From: an uncultured Thermoplasmata archaeon
GTDB lineage: Archaea > Thermoplasmatota > Thermoplasmata > RBG-16-68-12
Length of the DNA: 64,000 bases
Assembly (NCBI GenBank): GCA_963768855.1
Contig: CAVYJM010000010.1
Span: 96,001 to 160,000 of the forward strand
Reading direction: 5' to 3'
Shown: positions 18,067-28,707 of the stretch, one piece after another
Numbering within the stretch: the first letter of the stretch is position 1
Layout of the letters: every line of letters begins with the position of its first letter
Program-made: the position numbers and the translations under genes
The notes under the pieces: generated by a model
The model's input: only the letters and a program-made list of their open reading frames with translations
Databases searched by the model: none
Told to the model about the DNA's origin: nothing

Positions 18067-18203
18067 GCTCTGCTCTCCATGGTCATTGCGTCGTCCCTCA
18101 CCCTAATCTCTTGGGTAAGTACGCTAGGGGCGTCGTTCTCGTTCTCTATGCACTTCGTCACGTCGGAAAGTCTTTATCGCGTTCGCCTGGATACCGCGGC
18201 CCC

Positions 18204-18686
18204 ATGGCAGTCCTCTCGGACGCGGGCATCCTCGCCTTCCGCGCGAAGGGCGAGCTGTCCATCGAGCCTTTCGCGGAATCGAACCTCACGCCGAACGGAT
18301 ATGACGTGAGCATCGAGGAGATTGCCCTGCCCTCGGTCGACCAGCGCGTGCGGTCCGGGGCGGCCCACATCCCCTCCCTGACGCGGTTTGCGGTGAGCAC
18401 GCGGGAGACCGTGACGCTCGGCCGGCACGTGGCGGCCCAGATCTGGCTCCGGACGACCTGGGCTCGCCGGGGCGTGGTCGCCTCGTTCGGCATGATCGAC
18501 GCGGGCTTCTCCGGCACCCTCACGTTCGGCGCGCTCAACGCCTCGGAGGCCACCCTGGACCTTCCCATCGGGGAGCGGTTCGCCCAAATCGTATTCCATC
18601 TCCTCGAGTCACCCGCCGCCGAGACGTACGACCAGCGGTCGGGCACGTATCAGGGGCAGCGCGGGGTCACCCTGGACCGACCCTGA
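18204..18686 (+). CDS. dcd: dCTP deaminase
   Basis: LSDAGI, NLTPNGYDV, RTTWARRG, IDAGFSGTLT, GERFAQIVF, YQGQRGVT. Confidence 0.9.
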   Translation: MAVLSDAGILAFRAKGELSIEPFAESNLTPNGYDVSIEEIALPSVDQRVRSGAAHIPSLTRFAVSTRETVTLGRHVAAQIWLRTTWARRGVVASFGMIDAGFSGTLTFGALNASEATLDLPIGERFAQIVFHLLESPAAETYDQRSGTYQGQRGVTLDRP

Positions 18687-19689
18687 CGTCGAACGCCACG
18701 TGATGTTGCGTCGGCGAGTAGGCGCGCACGGTGTGCACGGTCAGCGCGTCGACCGTGCGCCCGTTCCTCGCAACGAGGTCTCGGACAGCGTGTACCCGGT
18801 CCTCGCGGTCCGCGTCCTCCATGATTGCGTAGACATGGACGGTGCCGCGCGGCCCAAGGGCCTGGAGGGCGTCCGGGACGAAGTCCAGGGCCGTGTGGGG
18901 CAGGTCCAGGATGATCCGGTCCAGGGGAGCCGTCTCGCGCAGGACGGCGCGGGCGTCCCCTTCCCGAGTCTCAACGCGGTCCGCCCGGTTCGCGGCGACA
19001 TTCTGGCGCAGGAGATTCACGGCCACGGGGTTCGCATCCGATGCTACGACCCGTGCGGGCCGCCGGCGGCGGGCGATGAGGATCGCGTAGGGACCGACCC
19101 CGGCGAAGGGGTCCGCGACCGCCTCTCCCGGCCGCACCTGATTGGCCACGCGCAGCCGCTCCGTCCCGAGGCGGGGGCTGAAGTACGCGCGGGCGACGTC
19201 CACGTGATAGCGCAGCCCGTACTCCGTGTGGACGGTCGTCGTGCGCGAATCGCCCGCAAGGATTTCGAGCGCCCGGATACGGAACTCCCCCGTCACCCCG
19301 TGGTCCTGGGCGACCACTCTCAGGTTGCGGTTCCACTCCAGGACCGCGCGGCCGATCTCTGCGCGGTGCGGGACGAGCGGATCGGGGATCTTGAGGATCG
19401 CGATGTCGCCGATGACGTCGAACGAGGTCGGGAGCTGCGGCCGCAGCGCTTCCGGCACCCGGGCCACGTCCTTGTAGCTCCGGATCGGCGTGAACGCCTC
19501 CTCGAACTCCCGTTCCTCGACCGGCCAGCCGGCCTCCACCCGCTCCGTGGTCGGGAGTCGGAGGCGGCCGGCCGCTTCCTGGACCTTGAGGTGCTTCTGG
19601 AGCACCCCGCGCTCCTTCAAGGCGCGGCGGATCTCCTCGCCCCGCTCGCGCGGCACGACGACGCACCAGGACCGCACGACTGCGGCCAT
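18667..19689 (-). CDS. trm5: tRNA (guanine37-N1)-methyltransferase, Trm5/Met10 family
   Basis: SFDVIGDIAI, YFSPRLGTERLRV, DPFAGVGPY, DRIILDLP. Confidence 0.88.
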   Translation of the reverse strand: MAAVVRSWCVVVPRERGEEIRRALKERGVLQKHLKVQEAAGRLRLPTTERVEAGWPVEEREFEEAFTPIRSYKDVARVPEALRPQLPTSFDVIGDIAILKIPDPLVPHRAEIGRAVLEWNRNLRVVAQDHGVTGEFRIRALEILAGDSRTTTVHTEYGLRYHVDVARAYFSPRLGTERLRVANQVRPGEAVADPFAGVGPYAILIARRRRPARVVASDANPVAVNLLRQNVAANRADRVETREGDARAVLRETAPLDRIILDLPHTALDFVPDALQALGPRGTVHVYAIMEDADREDRVHAVRDLVARNGRTVDALTVHTVRAYSPTQHHVAFDVRVGPG

Positions 19690-19766
19690 GCAGCGGAGCG
19701 TATGAAGAACTTTCGCGGACCCGTGGAGGCCAAGCTTCATGGACCCCACGGCCGTTCGCTTCCGGG

Positions 19767-20546
19767 ATGGGGGACCTCGTCTTCGTAGGCCTCGGACTCT
19801 ACGACGAGAAGGGCATCACCCTCCGGGGGCTCGAGGAGGCCCGCGCCGCAGACGTCGTCTTCGCGGAATTCTACACCTCCGTGCTCCTGGGCACGCGGGT
19901 CGAGGCGGTCGAGGCGCTCGTGGGGAAGCCGATCCGCCGCCTCACGCGGGAAGGGGTCGAAGGCGGGAAGGAGGTCCTGGAGGCCGCCAAGAGCGGCCGC
20001 GTCGCGTTCCTTGTCGCCGGGGACCCGATGGTCGCGACGACCCACGTCGACCTGCGGCTCCGTGCGGCGGCTGCGGGAATCCCAACCCGCGTCGTCCATG
20101 GCGTCTCAATCCTCGGCGCGGCGGCGGGCGCCCTCGGACTCCAGGCGTACAAGTTCGGGCGGACCACGACGGTCCCGTTCCCCTCGCCCGGGCTCCTCGT
20201 CACGAGCCCCTTGGATCCGATCGTCCTGAACCGGAAAGCCGGGTTGCACACCCTCGTCCTCCTGGACCTCCGGGAGGACGGCACGTTCCTCGACCCGAAG
20301 ACCGCGCTCGAATCGCTGCTCGGGATGGCCGAGAAGACCGGGACGGCGGAGTTCGGCCCCTCCACGCTGGTGTGCGTCCTGAGCCAGGTCGGCTCGCCCG
20401 GGATGAAGATCCAGACGGCCGCTGTCGCGCAAATTCTAAAGCGGGATCTCGGGCCGCCGCTGCACTGTCTCGTGGTGCCCGGGTCCCTCCATTTCCTCGA
20501 GAAGGAGGCGCTCGTGGCGTTCGGCGGAGCGCCTCACGACCTCTGA
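19767..20546 (+). CDS. dph5: Diphthine synthase
   Basis: FVGLGLYDEKGITLRGLE, EFYTS, GDPMVATTH, YKFGRTTTVPF, LHTLVLLD. Confidence 0.95.
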   Translation: MGDLVFVGLGLYDEKGITLRGLEEARAADVVFAEFYTSVLLGTRVEAVEALVGKPIRRLTREGVEGGKEVLEAAKSGRVAFLVAGDPMVATTHVDLRLRAAAAGIPTRVVHGVSILGAAAGALGLQAYKFGRTTTVPFPSPGLLVTSPLDPIVLNRKAGLHTLVLLDLREDGTFLDPKTALESLLGMAEKTGTAEFGPSTLVCVLSQVGSPGMKIQTAAVAQILKRDLGPPLHCLVVPGSLHFLEKEALVAFGGAPHDL

Positions 20547-21295
20547 GGCGTCCGCCTGCCGAGCTCCGCGAGGTGCTCGACCTGCCAGAACGTGATCTCC
20601 AGGCTGTACGTGTGTTTGAACTCGTGCCCCGCCCAGCGATGCCGGAGCTCCCGCATGACCTGGCGATGGACGGTCTCCGGCGTGCCCCACTGCGAGGAGA
20701 AGGATCGCTGCTCCAGCTCCTCCAGGATCAGATCGGCGGGGACGATCTCCTCGAACGGCCCGACCGGCATGACGAGGTCCGGGGGCAGGACGTCGGGCAG
20801 GTCCCGCTCGTGGAGTCCCGGCGGAGACCACTTGTATCCCGCCTCGCCCGCGAGGCGGTCGTACTCCCGGTGCAGGTTCGTCGTCCGGCCCGAGCGCTCA
20901 AGGATGCTGAAGTAGCTGTCGCGGGTCACGCGTACGATCTCCAGGAGCACCTCCCGCCAGTCCGGGACCAGGTGGAGCATGTGGTTCGAGGTGGACAGGT
21001 CGAACGCGCGTGCCGTGAAGGGCAGGCGCGCGCCGTCCGCGAGGACGACGTTTCGGAGACCCTTCCCTAGGCCGAGCTCGACCATCTTGTGCGAGATGTC
21101 CACGCCGACCACGTCGAGGCCGCTCTTCTGGAGGGGCACCGCGTACCGGCCCGTGCCCACGCCGACCTCGAGGACCTTCTTGCTCAGGAGCTGGTCCACG
21201 AGGACCCCGAGGACGTGGGACATGACCTTCGGAGAGAGCGCGCGGGTCTCGTCATAGATGGCCGCGACGCGGTCGAAAGAGAGGCGCACCGGCAT
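20534..21295 (-). CDS. Class I SAM-dependent methyltransferase
   Basis: SFDRVAAIYD, VLEVGVGTGR, VGVDIS, ADGARLPF. Confidence 0.88.
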   Translation of the reverse strand: MPVRLSFDRVAAIYDETRALSPKVMSHVLGVLVDQLLSKKVLEVGVGTGRYAVPLQKSGLDVVGVDISHKMVELGLGKGLRNVVLADGARLPFTARAFDLSTSNHMLHLVPDWREVLLEIVRVTRDSYFSILERSGRTTNLHREYDRLAGEAGYKWSPPGLHERDLPDVLPPDLVMPVGPFEEIVPADLILEELEQRSFSSQWGTPETVHRQVMRELRHRWAGHEFKHTYSLEITFWQVEHLAELGRRTPQRS

Positions 21296-21404
21296 GGACG
21301 ATGCCGCAAAGGCGCGCAGTGATAAAAGGGTGCCTCGGCGAGCCTGAGCGGCGTCCTCCCAAAGACGATAGTTTCACCCACCCCCCCGTCTTACCCTCTT
21401 ATGT

Positions 21405-22382
21405 ATGGCCAAGGATGGTAAGCAAGGTGACAAGGTGGCCACCTCAGTGAAAGCGGTGGAAGAGCTACCCGGCGTGGGTCCTGCAACGGCGGAGAAGCTG
21501 CGGGAGGCCGGGTTTTCGGATCTCATGAGCCTCGCGGTTGCGACCCCGGACATGGTCGCGGAGGCCACGGAGATCGGTGCCAATGTTGCGCAGAAGATCA
21601 TCGCCGCCGCGCGCGAAGCGGTCGACGTGGGCGGCTTCGAGACCGGAGACGTCATCCTCGAACGCCGAAAGAGCGTCGCGAAGCTGACGACCTGCTCGAA
21701 GGCCTTCGACGAGCTCCTCGGCGGCGGCCTAGAGACGCAGGCGATCACGGAATGCTTCGGCGAGTTCGGGTCCGGGAAGAGCCAGCTCGCCCACCAGCTC
21801 GCCGTGAACGTCACGCGCGGCGAGGACGAAGGCGGGCTGAACGGCGACACGGTCTGGGTCGACACGGAGTCGACGTTCCGGCCGGAGCGCATCCGCCAGA
21901 TGTCGGATGCCCTCGAGCTCGATCCGGAGCCGATCCTGAAGCGGGTCCATGTCGCGCGGGCGTTCAACAGCCATCACCAGATGCTCCTCATGGAGAAGGC
22001 CCACGAGATGACCAAGGACTTCCCCATCCGCCTCGTCGTCATGGATTCCCTCACGGCCCACTTCCGGGCCGAGTACATCGGCCGGGGCGTTCTCGCGGAG
22101 CGCCAGCAGCTCCTCAACAAGCACATCCACGAGCTCATGCGCTTCGGGGACGTCCACAACGCCGCGATCTACGTCACGAACCAGGTGGCGGCGAAGCCGG
22201 ACGCGTTCTTCGGCGATCCGACGCGGCCGATCGGCGGCCACATCGTGGGGCACAGCGCGACCTTCCGCGTCTACCTGCGCAAGTCGAAGGGCGGGAAGCG
22301 CATCGCGCGCCTGATCGACTCCCCGAACATGCCCGAGGCCGAGGCCGTCTTCACGGTCTCCGAGGACGGCATCCGCGACTGA
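21405..22382 (+). CDS. radA: DNA repair and recombination protein RadA
   Basis: HhH N-terminus ([12 protein letters not shown]), [35 protein letters not shown]; no intein. Confidence 0.97.
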   Translation: MAKDGKQGDKVATSVKAVEELPGVGPATAEKLREAGFSDLMSLAVATPDMVAEATEIGANVAQKIIAAAREAVDVGGFETGDVILERRKSVAKLTTCSKAFDELLGGGLETQAITECFGEFGSGKSQLAHQLAVNVTRGEDEGGLNGDTVWVDTESTFRPERIRQMSDALELDPEPILKRVHVARAFNSHHQMLLMEKAHEMTKDFPIRLVVMDSLTAHFRAEYIGRGVLAERQQLLNKHIHELMRFGDVHNAAIYVTNQVAAKPDAFFGDPTRPIGGHIVGHSATFRVYLRKSKGGKRIARLIDSPNMPEAEAVFTVSEDGIRD

Positions 22383-22442
22383 GCCTGTCGTGTCACATCG
22401 TGTCGGGACAGGTTGAAGTATCCTCACGGGCGTCTACCGCCC

Positions 22443-23528
22443 GTGGACGCGGGGCTCCTCCTCATTCCCGGCCCGGTCCCTCTCCATCCTCTCGTCCAGG
22501 CGGAGCTCGCGAAGCCCGCCCTGCCCCACTACGGCGACGCTTGGATCCGGGCGTTCGCCGAGATGCAGGACCTGATGCGGTACGTCTGGGAGGCACCGAA
22601 AGGCCGCGTCTTCCCCCTCGTGGGCCCGGGCCACGCGGGACTCGAGGCCCTTGGATACACCTTCCTCCGCCCCCGCGACCGAGTGGTCGTCCTCGACAAC
22701 GGGTTCTTCGGCGAGCGGCTCGCAGAGGTCCTCGCGACGCACCGCTTGAAGGTGGAGCGGGTGCGCTCCGAGTGGGGCGGCGGGTTCGACCTGGCCGGCC
22801 TCAGGAAGGCGCTCGGGAAGCCGGCGAAGGCAGTCGCCTTCATCCATAACGAGACCGGGACGGGGGTCACGAACCCGCTGGACGAAGTGGTCGAACTGGC
22901 CCACTCGAAGGGTGCGTTCGCCCTCGTCGATGCGGTCTCCTCCCTTGGCGGCATTCCCACGCGATGCGGGAAGCTCGCGATCGACGCCGCGTTCAGCGCC
23001 TCGCAGAAGTGCCTCGCCGCTCCGGCGGGCATCTCCCCGGTCCTGGTCGCTCCCTCCCTGTGGGAGGCGACGGATCCGAAGGGAATCGATGGATGGTACC
23101 TGAACCTCTTCACCTGGGACCGGTACCAGCGGGAGTGGAGCGACTGGCATCCCACCCCGACGACGATCTCCTCGAACCTCTTCTACGCCGTCCATCGGGC
23201 GCTCTCCCTCGTGAGGGAGGAGGGGCTCGAGCCTCGCTTCCAGCGTCACGCGCGCGCAGCGTCGCAGCTGCGGGGCGGCCTCACGGACCTCGGCTTCTCG
23301 CCGGTCGCGTCGCCGTCGCTGTGCTCGAACACGGTCACCTGCATGCGTCCGCCCGCCCACATCGACGCCGCGGCCCTCGCGAAGGGACTCAAGGAGAGGC
23401 ACAACATCTTCATCTCCGGCGGCCTGGGACCGCTGCGCGGGAAGACGATCCGGATCGGTACGATGGGCACGCAGGCCGAGCCCGAGATCGTCGAGCGCCT
23501 CCTGGCCGCCGTCAAGACCCTCGTCTGA
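22443..23528 (+). CDS. Class V PLP aminotransferase (alanine-glyoxylate / serine-pyruvate type)
   Basis: LIPGPVP, HNETGTG, VDAVSSLGG, SASQKCL, IRIGTMG; GTG start assumed. Confidence 0.9.
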   Translation: MDAGLLLIPGPVPLHPLVQAELAKPALPHYGDAWIRAFAEMQDLMRYVWEAPKGRVFPLVGPGHAGLEALGYTFLRPRDRVVVLDNGFFGERLAEVLATHRLKVERVRSEWGGGFDLAGLRKALGKPAKAVAFIHNETGTGVTNPLDEVVELAHSKGAFALVDAVSSLGGIPTRCGKLAIDAAFSASQKCLAAPAGISPVLVAPSLWEATDPKGIDGWYLNLFTWDRYQREWSDWHPTPTTISSNLFYAVHRALSLVREEGLEPRFQRHARAASQLRGGLTDLGFSPVASPSLCSNTVTCMRPPAHIDAAALAKGLKERHNIFISGGLGPLRGKTIRIGTMGTQAEPEIVERLLAAVKTLV

Positions 23529-23531
23529 GCG

Positions 23532-25331
23532 TCAGGCCTGCGGCAGGTACGTCTCGAACCAGGCGATCGCGCGGTCGTGGAGGCGGACGCGGTTCGATGT
23601 CTTGCGCGGGGAGTGCCCCTCGTCGGGGAACTCCAGGTAGTCCACGGTCTTCCCCATCTTCCGCATCGCCTCGACGATCTGCCTCGCCTCCGTGACCGGG
23701 CACCGCGGATCGTGCGCCCCGCCCGTGAAGAGCACGGGCACCCGGATCCGGTCGAGGTAGAAGAACGGCGAGTACTTGCGGAAGCGTTCTGCATCCGCCT
23801 CGGGCGTCCCCATCTTGTGGTGGTCGTAGATCTGCAGGTTCCCCCGCTCGTTCGTCGTCGCGGTGAACCAGTTGAAGAAGCCCACCACGCTCACGCCGAC
23901 GGCCCAGAGTTCGGGGGCCTGCTCGAGACAGTGGGCCACTGCGTACCCGCCGTAGCTGACGCCGAAGATCCCGAGCCGGTCCGGCGAGCATCGCCTCGTG
24001 CGGACCAGCCAGCGCCCGCCCGCGATGATGTCCTTCATGTCCGCGCCGCCGAGGTCGTGGTCGCTCGTCTTCCGCCACGCGCGGCCGTAGCCGGTGCCGC
24101 CGCGGTAGTTCGGCGCCAGGACCGTGAACCCCCGGGCCACGAGGAACTGGTGGCCCGCGTCCCACTCGTTCAGCTCTTGGCTCTCCGGCCCCCCGTGGGG
24201 ATCGACGATCGCCGCGCCGCGGGAGCGCGCCTTCGCGGGCTCGTACAGCCAGCCGGGAATCTGGCGGCCGTCGAAGCTCCGATACCGGACGGGCTTCGCG
24301 CGCGCGAGTTCGGCGGCGGGGAGCCGGGTCCGGAGGCTGTCCACTAGGACGGTCCGGCGGGCCCCTCGCTGGAGCACGAGCCGGTACGGCTGGACGCTCG
24401 TCGAGTGCTCGTACAGCAGGGCGCGGCTGTCGGGATGCCAGGCGGGCCGGGCCGCCACGCCTTCGGCGGGCGAGACGGGACGGCTACCGCGCCCGCGCAC
24501 GTCGGCGGTCAGGAGGCGGATGTTGCCGTCGCGGTTCTCGAGGAACGCGATTCGCGTCCCGTCCGGAGACCAGAGGGGCATTAACTTGTCCCGCCGCGTC
24601 CGCACGGGCCACCGCACGGCCTTCGTCTCGAGATCGAGGACGCCGACGTCCAGGTGGTCGTGAACGTTCGAGATGAACGCCATCTGCCGGCCGTCCGGCG
24701 AGAAGGGCTCCGTCCGGCCCGCGTCCCCGCCGAGGAAGCTCTCGCTGTCCGGCCACGCGACGAGCTTCTCCATCCGACCTTCGAGGTCCACAATCCCGAT
24801 CCAGTCCTCATGCCCGACGCCCGCGGAGAAGGCGATCTGCCGGCCGTTCGGACGCCACGCGATCTCGCCGACGATGTCGTCGATGTGGGTCAGCTGCCTC
24901 GGACCCCCACCGTTGACCTCGACGACGAAGACATTCTCACGGTCGCGGTCCCGGTTCGAGATGAAGGCGATCCTCGCGCCGTCGGGCGACCATCGCGGGG
25001 ACGCGCTGTCCGCAGGCGTGTCCGTGAGCTTCCGCGCCGGTCCTCCCTTCGAGGGCACCACGTAGATGTTGAAGTTCTCGTCCCCCTCGAAATCGGACTG
25101 GACTGCGACCCATCGCCCGTCCGGCGAGAACTCGGGATTCATCACCGCCTGGTCCGACCTGAGCAGGACGCGGGATACGTTTCGTGCGAGATCCCGCATG
25201 TAGACGGTCCATTGCTCCCCCTGGTTCGCGGAATACGCGAGCCGCCGTCCGTCCGGCGAGACGTCGAAGTTGCCGAGCTGGCCGATCTTCCGGAGGAAGC
25301 GGCGAGGCGTGAACGTGACCTTCCGAGCCAT
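23532..25331 (-). CDS. S9 family peptidase with TolB/PD40-like beta-propeller
   Basis: Repeated (W/F)SPDG units; HGGP, NYRGGTGYG, GVSYGG (Ser), DPRC (Asp), EGH (His). Confidence 0.92.
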   Translation of the reverse strand: MARKVTFTPRRFLRKIGQLGNFDVSPDGRRLAYSANQGEQWTVYMRDLARNVSRVLLRSDQAVMNPEFSPDGRWVAVQSDFEGDENFNIYVVPSKGGPARKLTDTPADSASPRWSPDGARIAFISNRDRDRENVFVVEVNGGGPRQLTHIDDIVGEIAWRPNGRQIAFSAGVGHEDWIGIVDLEGRMEKLVAWPDSESFLGGDAGRTEPFSPDGRQMAFISNVHDHLDVGVLDLETKAVRWPVRTRRDKLMPLWSPDGTRIAFLENRDGNIRLLTADVRGRGSRPVSPAEGVAARPAWHPDSRALLYEHSTSVQPYRLVLQRGARRTVLVDSLRTRLPAAELARAKPVRYRSFDGRQIPGWLYEPAKARSRGAAIVDPHGGPESQELNEWDAGHQFLVARGFTVLAPNYRGGTGYGRAWRKTSDHDLGGADMKDIIAGGRWLVRTRRCSPDRLGIFGVSYGGYAVAHCLEQAPELWAVGVSVVGFFNWFTATTNERGNLQIYDHHKMGTPEADAERFRKYSPFFYLDRIRVPVLFTGGAHDPRCPVTEARQIVEAMRKMGKTVDYLEFPDEGHSPRKTSNRVRLHDRAIAWFETYLPQA

Positions 25332-25401
25332 GGTACACCCGTCGCCTCGGGGAACGGTCGCGGGGATAAAAGTCATCTTGGCGGCCCGCGTTCGGTCCGG
25401 C

Positions 25402-25887
25402 ATGGTCGTGAACGTCGCGACGCTGCCGATCACCGTCGGCGTAGGGGCGATCGTGAAGCGGGACGATCGGCTCCTCGTCGTCAAGCGAACGTACGGCGCG
25501 CTGAAAGGGTTCTGGACAATCCCCTCCGGCTACGTCGAGCCGCACGAGTCCGTCGCGATGACGCTCGAGCGGGAGGTCAAGGAGGAGACCGCGGTGGTCG
25601 GTCGGGCGGGTCCCCTCGTCGCCGTCCGGAACCGGGTCACCGCAGACGTCAACGACACGTTCCTCGTGTTCCACATGGACTACGTGTCCGGAGAGCCGGC
25701 CCCGGATGCGCAGGAGGTGAGCGCCGCCGCCTTCGTCCCCCTCGACGAGCTCCGGACCTCGCCGGAGTCGGCTCCGTTCACCAAGGCGATGGTCGAGAAG
25801 GGGCTTCCCGCCCGCGGGATGCGGCTCGACTCGTACCTTCCTCCCGGACCCCGCAAGGAAGGCGAGTTCTACCTGCTCTACCTCTGA
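25402..25887 (+). CDS. NUDIX hydrolase
   Basis: GYVEPHESVAMTLEREVKEETAV Nudix box. Confidence 0.85.
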   Translation: MVVNVATLPITVGVGAIVKRDDRLLVVKRTYGALKGFWTIPSGYVEPHESVAMTLEREVKEETAVVGRAGPLVAVRNRVTADVNDTFLVFHMDYVSGEPAPDAQEVSAAAFVPLDELRTSPESAPFTKAMVEKGLPARGMRLDSYLPPGPRKEGEFYLLYL

Positions 25888-25928
25888 ACGACCGAAAGGC
25901 CTTATGTTCCGCGGACCTTGGGGAACTC

Positions 25929-26549
25929 GTGACGGCCACGATTCCTGCGGTCTGCATCGGCACGAAGTACGTGCTGGACGCGTCGGCGGTGGACCGCATC
26001 CGCGCCTGTCTCGCGGAAGGCGGGCTCGTCGTCCATCCGACGGACACGGTCTACGGCCTCGCCGCCGATCCGTTCCAGGCCAAGGCGGTCGACCGTCTCT
26101 ATGCGGTGAAGGCGCGGCCGCGGGATCTCGCCGTCTCGATGGCCGTGGCCGACGTGGAGGAAGTGTTCCGCTACGGCACGAAGACGCCCCTGGCGGAGAA
26201 CTTCTGCCGCAAGAACCTCCCCGGCCCGTACACCGTGGTCCTGCGGGCCACGCCCGAGGCGCCGCCGGCCCTCGTGAACCGACAGTCCCTCATCGGAATC
26301 CGAGTCCCCGACCATCCGATCCCCCGCCTCGTCGCGCGGATCGCCGGCCCCATCACGACGACGAGCGCGAACCGGCACGGGCAACCCTCGCCGACGTCGT
26401 GCGACGAGGCGAAAGCCCAGCTTGGCGAGGCGGTCGACCTCTACATCGATGCAGGCCCCTCTCCGGTCGGGCGGGAGTCCAGCGTCGTCGATCTCTCCGG
26501 TCCCAGGGCAAAGGTCCTTAGACAAGGCGCCCTTCCAACGGGGGCGTGA
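25929..26549 (+). CDS. sua5: L-threonylcarbamoyladenylate synthase (Sua5/YrdC)
   Basis: HPTDTVYGL, KAR, PGPYT, IRVPDH, TTSANRHG, SSVVDL. Confidence 0.93.
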   Translation: MTATIPAVCIGTKYVLDASAVDRIRACLAEGGLVVHPTDTVYGLAADPFQAKAVDRLYAVKARPRDLAVSMAVADVEEVFRYGTKTPLAENFCRKNLPGPYTVVLRATPEAPPALVNRQSLIGIRVPDHPIPRLVARIAGPITTTSANRHGQPSPTSCDEAKAQLGEAVDLYIDAGPSPVGRESSVVDLSGPRAKVLRQGALPTGA

Positions 26550-27439
26550 CGATGGACCCCGACGCCCGGGCCGCCTTGCTCGAGGCGGGCCGCGTCTCCA
26601 AGGAGGCGAAGGAGCGCGGCGTGGAGCTCGTCGCGGACGGCGTCCTGCTGCTCGATGTGGCGGAGGAGATCGAGGGCCTCATGCGGAAGCGCGGCCTGCG
26701 GCCCGCCTTCCCGACGTGCATCTCGATCGACAATATCGCGGCCCACTACTCCCCGACGCACGACGACACCCTTCGCTTCCGCCGGGGCAACGTTGTGAAG
26801 CTCGACCTCGGCGCGCACAAGGACGGCTGGGTCGCGGACACCGCGGTGACCATCGAGGTGGGCTCGCGGAACTGGTCGCGCCTGATCCAGGCGTCCGAGC
26901 TCGCCCTGCAGACCGCGATCGAGGCGGTCCATCCGGGCGTCGAGACAAGGGTTCTCGGAGAGGGCATCCGCCGTGCGATCGAATCGAACGGCTACAAGCC
27001 CATCCGCAACCTCACGGGCCACACGGTGGAGCGGTACGTCCTCCATGCGGGGAAGAGCGTGCCGAACATCCCGCACGGGCACGACTCGCTCGACGAGGGC
27101 GACGTCGTGGCGATCGAGCCCTTCTCCTCCTCCGGCGCGGGCGAGGTCGACGGCCGGCGCAGCGGGAACATCTACCGCGTCCTCCGGACGAAGTCGCTCA
27201 AGGAGGACGCGCTGAACGCGTTCCTCGAGCAGCTCTCCGTGGAGTTCAAGACGCTGCCCTTCGCGGAGCGGTGGGCATACGCGCTCGACCCCCGAGCCCC
27301 CTCGCTCCTCAACCAGCTCCTCCGGACGCGGTCCGTCATGACGTATCCCGCGCTCCTCGACGTGGGCGGCGGGATCGTCGCGCAGACGGAGCACACGATG
27401 ATCGTCCAGCCGGGTAGCGCCGAGGTCACGACCGCGTGA
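26546..27439 (+). CDS. map: Methionine aminopeptidase type II
   Basis: [41 protein letters not shown]. Confidence 0.95.
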   Translation: MTMDPDARAALLEAGRVSKEAKERGVELVADGVLLLDVAEEIEGLMRKRGLRPAFPTCISIDNIAAHYSPTHDDTLRFRRGNVVKLDLGAHKDGWVADTAVTIEVGSRNWSRLIQASELALQTAIEAVHPGVETRVLGEGIRRAIESNGYKPIRNLTGHTVERYVLHAGKSVPNIPHGHDSLDEGDVVAIEPFSSSGAGEVDGRRSGNIYRVLRTKSLKEDALNAFLEQLSVEFKTLPFAERWAYALDPRAPSLLNQLLRTRSVMTYPALLDVGGGIVAQTEHTMIVQPGSAEVTTA

Positions 27440-27522
27440 GGGCCCGCACCCGCAGCCACGGCGTGTCACAACGTTTAATACCGGAGGTCTCCATCGACAA
27501 CCTCCTTTCGGAGTACCGTTCC

Positions 27523-27819
27523 GTGACCGAAATCAAGCGCCTCGTCCTCGACGTGCTCAAACCCCACAAACCCTCGCTCATCGAGCTGTCGCAGCGGCTG
27601 AGCGCCCTCAAGGGCGTCGAGGGCGTCAACTGCAGCCTCGACGAGGTCGACCAGGAGACCGAGACGGTCAAGGTCACGATCGAAGGCAGTTCCATCGCCT
27701 ACGACAGCGTCGAGGCCGCCCTGCGGGAACTGGGCGCGGTGATCCACTCCGTCGACGAGGTCGCGGCGGGTAAGCGTCTCATCGAGGACGTCCGCACGCT
27801 GCAGGACCACCGCGACTGA
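27523..27819 (+). CDS. DUF211 family protein
   Basis: [14 protein letters not shown] ... [18 protein letters not shown]; GTG start assumed. Confidence 0.85.
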   Translation: MTEIKRLVLDVLKPHKPSLIELSQRLSALKGVEGVNCSLDEVDQETETVKVTIEGSSIAYDSVEAALRELGAVIHSVDEVAAGKRLIEDVRTLQDHRD

Positions 27820-27888
27820 ACCCGGCATGCAGTTGTTTCGCGGGACCCCCCTCTGGCTTCATTAGACCTTCCCGCCTCGCATCGGCCC

Positions 27889-28311
27889 ATGGTGGACCTT
27901 CTCACCCTGGCCCTGACGATCCTGGCCATCGGATTCGGCCTCGTGGTGGGCTTCGTGGCCGGGCGGGCCCTCACCCAGCGGACCCTCGAGCTGGATTTCC
28001 GGGATCGCGAGAGGGAGATCCGGAGGGACTCGGTCGACCGGAGCCGGGCGACCCTGAGCGGGCAGTTCCTGGAGAAGCTGGCGCCCCACCTCCCGGAGTT
28101 CCCCTACGACCCGACCGACGTGCGGTTCCTCGGGACGCCGGTCGACTACGTGGTATTCGACGGCCTCGCGGAAGGAGAGCTCCAGGAGATCGTCTTCCTT
28201 GAGGTGAAGAGCGGGCGGTCGGACCTGAGCTCGCGAGAGCGCCGGGTCCGCGACGCGGTCAAGGCCGGTGCGGTCCGATGGGACGTATATCGCGTCCCCG
28301 ACGAAGACTAG
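27889..28311 (+). CDS. Holliday-junction-resolvase-like PD-(D/E)xK endonuclease with N-terminal TM anchor
   Basis: EKLAPHL, RFLGTPVDYVVFDG, IVFLEVKSG, LSSRERRVRDAV. Confidence 0.85.
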   Translation: MVDLLTLALTILAIGFGLVVGFVAGRALTQRTLELDFRDREREIRRDSVDRSRATLSGQFLEKLAPHLPEFPYDPTDVRFLGTPVDYVVFDGLAEGELQEIVFLEVKSGRSDLSSRERRVRDAVKAGAVRWDVYRVPDED

Positions 28312-28598
28312 CGGGACCGGGACTGCTTGATCCGCTGGGCGACCTTCTGGACGATCGATGTCTTGAAGTAATCCGCCCGAACGAGGACGCGGCCCTCGTG
28401 GCGCCAGTGCGACGTCGGGAACGCCTTCTCCGCATCCATCTCGGGCTGGAGCCCGAGCGCCTTGGCGGCCGCGGTGACCTCCTCGGTGGTCGGTGACTCG
28501 ACCGCCCACTTCTTCGCGACCCGCCGGCCATCGGCGCGGGAACGCCCCAGGTCGAAATACGCCGGATAGAGGACGATGGGCCGGTCGCGCTTGGGCAT
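28308..28598 (-). CDS. srp19: Signal recognition particle protein SRP19
   Basis: IVLYPAYFD...RADGRRV...P..EEV...ALGL...KAFP..HW...GRV. Confidence 0.9.
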   Translation of the reverse strand: MPKRDRPIVLYPAYFDLGRSRADGRRVAKKWAVESPTTEEVTAAAKALGLQPEMDAEKAFPTSHWRHEGRVLVRADYFKTSIVQKVAQRIKQSRSR

Positions 28599-28707
28599 GC
28601 GCGGAGCGAAGGGCCACCTCACCATAAGGCTTTCCCGCGAGGACGTCGTCGCGCAAGGTTCATTGCGGGACCCTGCTTCACTCGGGCATCGCGGGTGGCA
28701 GAGCACG

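Noticed and set aside
21405-22382. Inteins in RadA (and in PolB or Lhr motifs)
   Set aside because: RadA and PolB have normal lengths and contiguous motifs; the Lhr extension lacks intein or LAGLIDADG signatures
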